Positions 17,306-24,101 of a stretch of 24,101 nt of DNA are shown here, piece after piece. Made by a program: the position numbers and the translations under genes. Each line of letters starts with the position of its first letter. Position 1 is the stretch's first letter. This DNA is from Campylobacterota bacterium (GTDB lineage: Bacteria; Campylobacterota; Campylobacteria; Campylobacterales; Sulfurimonadaceae): NCBI GenBank assembly GCA_034717975.1, contig JAYEMF010000013.1, positions 1 to 24,101 on the forward strand, read 5' to 3'. The notes below the pieces were generated by a model that worked only from the letters and a program-made list of their open reading frames with translations, searched no databases and had not been told where the DNA came from.

Positions 17306-17356
17306 ACTGTTCCCTTCTCAGATTTTAGAGGTGCCCTTTTATGTTACTATATATCT

Positions 17357-18088
17357 ATGCAAAAGATACATATCGGAACGTCCGGGTTTTATTATGACCA
17401 CTGGATAGGAAAGTGCTATCCGGAAGATATCTCAAGACGGGATTTTTTGCCTTTTTTTGCCAAAAACTTCAAAACCGTAGAGATCAACAGCACATTTTAC
17501 CATCTTCCAAAGCATTCCACGATTGAACACTGGCTCGAAGTGACACCCGATGATTTTATCTTTACGCTAAAGGCAAACCGAAACATTACCCACCATAAAA
17601 AGCTCGACGCCGTACTCAAAGAGACAGTTACATTTATCCACCTGATAAAGCCGTTAAAAGAGAAGCTTGGGGTGATTTTGTTTCAGCTGCCTCCTCATAT
17701 CAAACTCGATATCAAACTGCTGGATGCATTCCTCTCGCAGCTGCCTAAAGGGTACAAATACGCCATTGAGTTCAGAGACGAATCGTGGATGGATGATGTG
17801 GTGTTTGAGCTGATGGCGTTGAACGGTATCGGTTTTTGCATCAATGATTTCGAGCAAAGAGAGACCCCATGGATCGCAACCGCACCGTTTGTCTATATTA
17901 GGATGCACGGTCCTCTTGGCAGATACAGAGGAAAATATGATGCTCAAAAGATCACTGCTCTTTGTGAGCGTGTTAAAGGTTTCGTCAAAGACGATAGAGA
18001 GGTCTTTTGCTATTTTAACAACGATATGGAAGGGTTTGCCTGGCAAAATGCACAGGAACTTATAGGGCTTTGCAGGAGCAACCGATGA
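17357..18088 (+). CDS. DUF72 (YecE/YunF) family protein
   Basis: IGTSGF, VEINSTFY, FTLKANRNITH, LFQLPP, AIEFRDESW, YIRMHG and YFNND. Confidence 0.92.
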   Translation: MQKIHIGTSGFYYDHWIGKCYPEDISRRDFLPFFAKNFKTVEINSTFYHLPKHSTIEHWLEVTPDDFIFTLKANRNITHHKKLDAVLKETVTFIHLIKPLKEKLGVILFQLPPHIKLDIKLLDAFLSQLPKGYKYAIEFRDESWMDDVVFELMALNGIGFCINDFEQRETPWIATAPFVYIRMHGPLGRYRGKYDAQKITALCERVKGFVKDDREVFCYFNNDMEGFAWQNAQELIGLCRSNR

Positions 18089-18822
18089 GAAGATATTATA
18101 TAGGATTGACAGTGGCTTTTCTATGCTGCAGCAGCTTGTTACACTCCGGTATTATCGAAGATCAATACGATAAAGCCAGAAAGAACCTGGTTGAGATTAT
18201 TGAAAAAGAGGTAGAGGATACAAGGGGATACCTGGGAAAAAGGAAACTGTCCAAAACGACGATTGATGCGATGGGAAGTGTAAAAAGGCACAAGTTTGTA
18301 CCTCTCATCAGCCGTTTGAGCGCCTATGAGAACAGGCCGCTCTCCATCGGTTACGGCCAGACGATCTCGCAGCCTTACATCGTCGCCGTTATGACTGACC
18401 TGCTTGACCTGAAAGAGTCGGACAGGGTATTGGAGATCGGTACAGGTTCGGGCTATCAGGCCGCCGTGCTCGCAGAGATCGTTAAAGAGGTCTATACCAT
18501 CGAGGTGATCAGTGAGCTGGGTGTTACGGCGGCAAAGAGACTTGAGATGCTGGGATATGAAAATATAAAAACAGAGATTGGTGACGGTTATTACGGATGG
18601 GAAGCACATGCGCCCTATGATGCGATCATCGTTACGGCAGCAGCCGGCCATATCCCGCCGCCGCTTCTTAAACAGTTGAAACCGGGCGGAAAAATGATCA
18701 TTCCTGTAAAAAGTTTTTATTATGTACAGCATCTTATTCTGGTCTCAAAAGATGAAAAGGGTGCTATAACCACCCGTCAGATCCTTCCGGTAAGGTTTGT
18801 GCCGCTGACTGGGAAACATTGA
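18085..18822 (+). CDS. pcm: Protein-L-isoaspartate(D-aspartate) O-methyltransferase with N-terminal signal-like peptide
   Basis: GQTISQP, VLEIGTGSGYQAA, APYDAIIVTAA, LKPGG and VRFVPL; ATGA overlap with the DUF72 stop. Confidence 0.92.
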   Translation: MRRYYIGLTVAFLCCSSLLHSGIIEDQYDKARKNLVEIIEKEVEDTRGYLGKRKLSKTTIDAMGSVKRHKFVPLISRLSAYENRPLSIGYGQTISQPYIVAVMTDLLDLKESDRVLEIGTGSGYQAAVLAEIVKEVYTIEVISELGVTAAKRLEMLGYENIKTEIGDGYYGWEAHAPYDAIIVTAAAGHIPPPLLKQLKPGGKMIIPVKSFYYVQHLILVSKDEKGAITTRQILPVRFVPLTGKH

Positions 18823-18826
18823 TCTT

Positions 18827-21244
18827 ATGAAGCGGCTGCCGTATCTCTCTATCGCCCTGACATCGGCTTCGGCGCTTGCCTATGAGATACTTCTGATGAA
18901 ACTCTTCTCCATCATACAGTGGCACCATTTCGCCTATATGATCATAAGCCTTGCACTGCTTGGATACGGGGCAAGCGGTACATTTCTGGCCCTTGCACGT
19001 GAGCGGCTGCTAAGATATTTCCCCTACGCCTATGTCGGCAATATCGTACTTTTCGGTGTATCGTCGATGCTCTGTTTTGTCGTTGCCCAGCAGATCCCCT
19101 TCAATCCGCTGGAGATCTTATGGGAGACGAAGCAGCTTTTTTGGCTGCTCTGTCTCTATCTGCTTCTGGCTCTTCCCTTCTTTTTTGCGGCAAATGCGGT
19201 TGGTCTGGCATTTATCTACAATAAAACAGATATCTCCGGAGTCTATGCGGCAGATCTGCTTGGTGCAGGTCTTGGCAGTCTCGGTATTCTCGGGCTGCTA
19301 TACCTCTTCTTTCCGGCGTCACTCCTGCAGTTGATCGCCTTGGCGGCACTGTTCGCTGCAGCTATTGGGTTCAAAGAGCTGGGGCTCAGACCCAAAGTGG
19401 GAGTGCTGCTGCTATTTGCGCTATCGCTTGTGGCTGTTCTGTTCTCAGGAAGAGGAAGCACACTAAGTATTAATGAATATAAAGATCTGAGCCAGATCCT
19501 TCGCATCTCCGGGACGAAGATTGTCAAAGAGAGCTCATCTCCGCTTGGAATGCTCTGCGTTATAGAGAGCCCCGATGTCCCTTTCCGTTACGTTCCGGGA
19601 CTGAGCATGGCTTCTGATGTTGAACCTCCGCAGCAGCTTGGTGTCTTTACAAACGGCGACGGAATGAGTGCCATTACAAAATATCCTGAGAAGATTGAGA
19701 TGCTTGGCTATCTTGATTATCAGACTTCCGCACTGGCTTATCATCTTGGTGATTTGGACAAGGTATTGATCCTCGGTGCCGGCGGAGGCTCAGATATACT
19801 CCAGGCACTTTACCATGACTCTGAAGCGATCGATGCCGTCGAGATCAATCCGCAGATGGTAGATCTTGTCGGAGGGACATATGCAGGGTTTGCCGGCAAT
19901 ATCTATGGTATGGATAGTGTAACGGTTCATACCGCAGAGGCGAGAGGTTTTATAGCTTCATCTGCACAGAAATATGACCTGATCCAGATGGCGATGGTGG
20001 ACTCGTTCGGGGCTTCATCGGCAGGGCTTCAGTCATTGAGCGAAAATTATCTTTATACGGTAGAAGCACTTCAGCTCTACTTGAAGCATCTTCAACCTGA
20101 TGGTTACCTCTCTTTCACCCGCTGGCTGAAGCTTCCGCCCAGAGATACGCTCAAACTCTTTGCTACAGCCATTACAGCGCTGGAACGCAACGGTGTAGAA
20201 GATCCGAAAAAGCATCTTCTTCTGATCAGGGGCTGGCAGACAACTACACTTATCATTAAAAATGGCATTTTCAGCTCAGCAGAGATCGAACAGTTAAGCC
20301 GCTTCTGCGATGAGCGGTTTTTTGACATAGCCTACTACGACGGTCTTCAGCAATCCGGAACAAACCGCTACAACATTCTTGACAAATCCTATTTTTTTCA
20401 GGGTGCGCGAGCCCTTCTGGAAAACAGGGAGAAGTACTTTAGCGACTATAAGTTCGACATCAGACCCGCAACCGACGACAGACCCTACTTTTACCACTTC
20501 TTCAAGTGGGAGACACTCGGGGAGATCTTTGCGCTGCGAGGAACCGGAGGGCTGCACCTTCTGGAGTGGGGCTATCTGGTACTGGTGGCATCGCTTCTGC
20601 AGGCTGTCATTGCCAGTGTCATATTGATACTTTTGCCACTTATTCGGTATAAAAAAGCTGAAAAAAGCACGATGGCAACAAGCAAGAAAAGGGTGCTTCT
20701 ATACTTTTTTGTTTTGGGTCTTGGGTTCCTCTTTTTAGAGATCTATTTTATTCAGCGTTTTATTCTTTTTCTGAGCCACCCGCTCTATACGGTAGCCGTC
20801 GTGTTAAGCACATTTTTGATCTTTGCAGGGCTTGGCAGCAGCTACTCAAAACGCCTTGGCATGCTAAAAGGGTATAGTAAAAGTGCGCGTTACGGGATTA
20901 TCGGCATCTTTGTTTTCGGTCTCTTTTATCTTTTGACGCTCGATCACATCTTCGGCTTTCTGCTGACACAATCAGCTCCCATAAAGATAGCGGCTTCTGT
21001 GGTACTCATCGCCCCGCTGGCCTTTGCAATGGGAATGCCTTTTCCTATGGGACTCTCTGAGCTTGGGAAACACTCCGAGTCCTTGATTCCCTGGGCATGG
21101 GGCGTCAACGGATGCGCCTCTGTCATCAGCGCCGTTGCTGCGACGCTTGTCGCGATCCATTTTGGGTTTACCGTCGTGATGGTCATGGCACTGTTCTTTT
21201 ATCTGCTGGCGTTTGTCTCGTTTCCTGTTAAAATAAAGCTTTAG
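18827..21244 (+). CDS. Polytopic membrane protein with a central spermidine-synthase-like SAM-dependent methyltransferase domain
   Basis: About 7 TM + soluble domain (VLILGAGGG, AVEINP, EARGFI, YDLIQ, ENYLYTVEA, HLQPDG) + about 7 TM (GMPFPMG, WAWGVNG). Confidence 0.85.
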   Translation: MKRLPYLSIALTSASALAYEILLMKLFSIIQWHHFAYMIISLALLGYGASGTFLALARERLLRYFPYAYVGNIVLFGVSSMLCFVVAQQIPFNPLEILWETKQLFWLLCLYLLLALPFFFAANAVGLAFIYNKTDISGVYAADLLGAGLGSLGILGLLYLFFPASLLQLIALAALFAAAIGFKELGLRPKVGVLLLFALSLVAVLFSGRGSTLSINEYKDLSQILRISGTKIVKESSSPLGMLCVIESPDVPFRYVPGLSMASDVEPPQQLGVFTNGDGMSAITKYPEKIEMLGYLDYQTSALAYHLGDLDKVLILGAGGGSDILQALYHDSEAIDAVEINPQMVDLVGGTYAGFAGNIYGMDSVTVHTAEARGFIASSAQKYDLIQMAMVDSFGASSAGLQSLSENYLYTVEALQLYLKHLQPDGYLSFTRWLKLPPRDTLKLFATAITALERNGVEDPKKHLLLIRGWQTTTLIIKNGIFSSAEIEQLSRFCDERFFDIAYYDGLQQSGTNRYNILDKSYFFQGARALLENREKYFSDYKFDIRPATDDRPYFYHFFKWETLGEIFALRGTGGLHLLEWGYLVLVASLLQAVIASVILILLPLIRYKKAEKSTMATSKKRVLLYFFVLGLGFLFLEIYFIQRFILFLSHPLYTVAVVLSTFLIFAGLGSSYSKRLGMLKGYSKSARYGIIGIFVFGLFYLLTLDHIFGFLLTQSAPIKIAASVVLIAPLAFAMGMPFPMGLSELGKHSESLIPWAWGVNGCASVISAVAATLVAIHFGFTVVMVMALFFYLLAFVSFPVKIKL

Positions 21245-21291
21245 AACAGTGCTGAAAATTTTTATTCTTTAAAATTAAGTGGAGTATTTGA

Positions 21292-22104
21292 ATGGCATAT
21301 ACCAAACCGGAAGAAATTGTTGAAAATATGTTGGCAGCAGGGGAAATGAAATCAAACCTTTCCATAAAAGACCTGTTGATCAGAGGTGCTCTCTCGGGTG
21401 CATTTTTGGGCTATGCTACGACTTTGGCAATAATTGGCATTACACAGACAGGAGTGGGTATGGTTGGCGCCCTTATCTTCCCTGTTGGCTTTGTAATGAT
21501 TATTTTACTGGGTCTTGAACTGGCAACAGGCAACTTCGCTCTTATACCTATTGCCGTTAAAGACGGAAGAAGCACACTTGGCAAACTGGCATACAACTGG
21601 ACATGGGTATTGGTTGGCAATCTTTTAGGCAGTGTTCTTTATGCTTTGCTGTATTACATTGTCATAACAAAAATGGGAAATATTGATCCTGAAACTGTTG
21701 CGGCAGCTCAAAAGATTGTATCTGTTGCGGAAGATAAGACTCTTGGTTATGCCAAGTTTGGATTTGACGGCACTGTATCCGCTTTTACAAGTGCTCTGCT
21801 TTGCAACTGGATGGTGACACTTGGAGCTGTTATGGCATTTACATCCACAACGACTATTGGAAAAATTGCAGCCATGTGGTTACCTATCATGACATTCTTC
21901 GCTTTGGGTTTTGAACATGCCATAGTCAATATGTTTGTAATTCCTGCCGGCATTATGCTGGGGGCCGATGTCAGCATTGCTGATTGGTGGATTATGAATC
22001 AGATACCTGTGTTGGCAGGCAATATTTTTGGCGGTATGATATTTACAGGCTTTGCCTTATATTTGACAGCAAGAAAAAAATCGGATGATATACAGGGTTT
22101 TTAG
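21292..22104 (+). CDS. Formate/nitrite transporter (FNT) family
   Basis: FPVGF, LELATGN, GNLLG, LCNWMV, FEHAIVNM and GNIFGG signatures. Confidence 0.93.
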   Translation: MAYTKPEEIVENMLAAGEMKSNLSIKDLLIRGALSGAFLGYATTLAIIGITQTGVGMVGALIFPVGFVMIILLGLELATGNFALIPIAVKDGRSTLGKLAYNWTWVLVGNLLGSVLYALLYYIVITKMGNIDPETVAAAQKIVSVAEDKTLGYAKFGFDGTVSAFTSALLCNWMVTLGAVMAFTSTTTIGKIAAMWLPIMTFFALGFEHAIVNMFVIPAGIMLGADVSIADWWIMNQIPVLAGNIFGGMIFTGFALYLTARKKSDDIQGF

Positions 22105-22111
22105 AGGTACC

Positions 22112-23830
22112 CTATATCTGTTTGACGTTAAAAGAGCTCATTCGATTCAAAGCAAAAGCCAATTCAAAAGAGCGGAACTTGGCAAAATGACCGGAAATCT
22201 TTTCACTGAGGATATCGAGTCCGTTCTTCTCAAGATCGGCCATAACCAGATCAATTACCTGCTTCAGTGTTCTTTCTCCATTCATATACTTCTTGGCATA
22301 AAGCATAGAAGAACCGACAGCCTTTGTCTGTGAGAGCTCAATCAACTGTTCGAGGTCACTCAAGTCGATCCTGTTTCGGCCAAGATGGAGGGTATCTACT
22401 TCCGTTGCATAAAGACGTCGCTTCCCGTACTCGCTCATCGGGTCAATGCTTTCAGGAAGAGGAGTGCGTGCTTTGGGTTCAATGAGGTACTCCACATCCT
22501 CATTTACTCTTTTTGTCGGAGATTCCCGAATGATCTTTTTTGCCTGAGCGGAAACGTCTTCGGGAAGGTATCTGACCATCTGGATGACATGATCAGCCAC
22601 TTCAAAATAGTCTCCCACGCCGCCCAGTACGAGAATGGTCGATATCTTTTTTTCAACATAGAGCTGACGGACTTTGTCGATATATGATGTGATCGGTTCA
22701 TCCTGTTTTTTCACCAGCTTCTGCATATGTTGATCACGGACCATAAAATTGGCGGCACAGGTGTCCTCATCCATCAGCATCACCTTCGCACCCATCTCTA
22801 TGGACTCGATGATAGCTGCCGCCTGGGAAGTGCTGCCGCTGGCATTTTCGGTCGTAAAAGCGACGGTGTCTTTGTGAAACGGGAGATTTCTGATAAAGGG
22901 AGAGATATCTGTCTTCACCACGTGCCGGCCGCTATAGGCCCTGACCTTTACACTCTCCGCCAGAGATACACACTGCTCCCTTCCGTCCCCGGCTATATGG
23001 TTATAGATGCCCATCTCGATCGCCTGCAGCAGGGTCGATTTGCCATGATACCCTCCACCGGTAAGCAGGGTGATGCCTTCGGGGATTCCCATACCGGTTG
23101 TTTTTCCGGCATAGGGCAGCTCTATTTCAGTTCTCAGGCTTTGGGGAGATATGAACGGTATGACAGAGTCTGCATTCATGACGCGGTCACTGGTGCCGCT
23201 TTCTCTGGGCAGAAGCGCGCCGTCCGCAATAAAGGCTACCAGATCCATACACGGCAGCTTCTCCCGTAAAAACTCTGCATCTTTGGCCGTATGTATGTGA
23301 GAGAGCAGCTTATCACTATCTGTATGATCCCGATGCAGTGACAAGTTGACAATTTCCGGCAGCTCTTCAAACAGCATTTGAACAGCCAGCTTGGCTTTGA
23401 TGTTTCTGCCGGATGCCGGAAGACCGACAAAACAGCGAATTTCCAGGTTGTTGTCGTGAATGACAACCGAGCTTCGCTCCAGGATCGTCTCTCCCGGTTC
23501 ATCTACCGTTATGATGCCGCTGTAGCCGGTACCTCGCCTCTTCCCGGAAATTTCACTGCTATGAGAGAAAAATTGACGGGCAAAAAAATCCCGACAGGCG
23601 ATCTCCCCGATTCTTGAGTCGATCATCCCACCTTCAACCGCCGTATCATCTAGAGGAAACTGAATCCGGTAGATCCCGGTATGGGGAGGGGCGTAAGGGT
23701 CTTTTGGGATCTGCTCGACAATTAGTGTAAACTGTTCAAAAGCATAGCTCCCGATCAATGATTGAAAGGCTCCGTAATCCTTTCCGTCTAATGAGGTGAC
23801 TCTTTTCTGAAGTTGATCTTTTCCAGTCAT
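22112..23830 (-). CDS. COG3044 ABC-class ATPase (ABC_ATPase / MRB1590-like)
   Basis: DPYAPP, GLPASGR, GGGYHGKSTLL Walker A, ASGSTSQAA, LMDED Walker B and ELAFALNR. Confidence 0.88.
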   Translation of the reverse strand: MTGKDQLQKRVTSLDGKDYGAFQSLIGSYAFEQFTLIVEQIPKDPYAPPHTGIYRIQFPLDDTAVEGGMIDSRIGEIACRDFFARQFFSHSSEISGKRRGTGYSGIITVDEPGETILERSSVVIHDNNLEIRCFVGLPASGRNIKAKLAVQMLFEELPEIVNLSLHRDHTDSDKLLSHIHTAKDAEFLREKLPCMDLVAFIADGALLPRESGTSDRVMNADSVIPFISPQSLRTEIELPYAGKTTGMGIPEGITLLTGGGYHGKSTLLQAIEMGIYNHIAGDGREQCVSLAESVKVRAYSGRHVVKTDISPFIRNLPFHKDTVAFTTENASGSTSQAAAIIESIEMGAKVMLMDEDTCAANFMVRDQHMQKLVKKQDEPITSYIDKVRQLYVEKKISTILVLGGVGDYFEVADHVIQMVRYLPEDVSAQAKKIIRESPTKRVNEDVEYLIEPKARTPLPESIDPMSEYGKRRLYATEVDTLHLGRNRIDLSDLEQLIELSQTKAVGSSMLYAKKYMNGERTLKQVIDLVMADLEKNGLDILSEKISGHFAKFRSFELAFALNRMSSFNVKQI

Positions 23831-23996
23831 CTGTTTTTCCTCTTTCTGTTATCTAGGTGCCCTCTAGTAATTCTATCATTTTTATCTCTTAATAAATGTA
23901 GCCAGACCGGTGACTTAATAAAAATAGCGCAAATGTTAAGAGAATAGATGTATACTAAAAACAGAAATTAAGTATTCAAAAAAGGGAAGAGGATGT

Positions 23997-24101
23997 ATGG
24001 CTTTAACGATAGGAATTCCTAGAGAGGTGCATACCGGAGAGAGACGTGTCGCAGCAACACCTGAAACTTCAGAAAAACAGGAAAAAGGAGAAGTGTTATG
24101 T
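23997..24101 (+). CDS. N-terminal fragment of a PntA/alanine dehydrogenase-type protein (possibly a truncated remnant), running to the window edge
   Basis: MALTIGIPREVHTGERRVAATPET resembles the PntA N-terminus; GAAGAGG RBS; the sequence then diverges, and a new AAGGAG RBS and ATG (24098) appear. Confidence 0.6.
   Translation, partial: MALTIGIPREVHTGERRVAATPETSEKQEKGEVLC

Noticed and set aside
18827..21244. Calling this gene speE (spermidine synthase)
   Set aside because: It has GAGGG rather than the GGGDG aminopropyltransferase motif and two large membrane bundles; the substrate cannot be assigned
598..23872. Dispersed motif as a CRISPR repeat
   Set aside because: Copies are kilobases apart with no regular spacers and no cas genes
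24020..24036. TAGAGAGGTGCATACC as another motif copy (also GAGGTTCCCC at 9721 and TAGAGGAGTCTCT at 14461)
   Set aside because: Too degenerate; explained by codons or an RBS, or likely chance

Overview
A 24.1-kb, gene-dense bacterial chromosomal segment; the gene set and promoter style suggest Campylobacterota, Sulfurovum-like (inference). Left to right it holds a partial ORF, a Mut7-C (PIN-fold) RNase, AmmeMemoRadiSam proteins A and B (no radical SAM gene in the window), a membrane protein, a Na/Pi cotransporter, a PfpI/DJ-1-like C-terminal remnant and a 2-Cys DksA/TraR protein. A four-gene lipoprotein operon (LPP20-like, COG3014-like, YcfL-like, LpoB-like) is bracketed by two ~79%-identical copies of an 81-aa gene plus its promoter. 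Next come a tandem USP and a long-chain acyl-CoA ligase converging on an ACP-FAAL-acyltransferase fusion, then an AT-rich Phd/YefM-RelE/ParE toxin-antitoxin module with integron-cassette-like ends, sitting between polX and a duplicated polX 3' end (185 bp identical). The window ends with DUF72, a signal-peptide-bearing Pcm, a polytopic membrane SAM-dependent methyltransferase, a formate/nitrite transporter, a COG3044 ABC-type ATPase and a PntA-like N-terminal fragment. The most interesting signals are: (1) a possible periplasm-facing methylation module (exported Pcm plus a membrane methyltransferase/transporter); (2) a dispersed TAGAGGTRCCCT motif, about six copies in the same orientation, at promoters and gene ends; (3) the polX 3' duplication around the TA cassette; (4) the duplicated 81-aa gene/promoter unit. 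No rRNA, tRNA, CRISPR array, integrase or intact transposase was seen. All assignments come from motif recognition by eye, not database searches.
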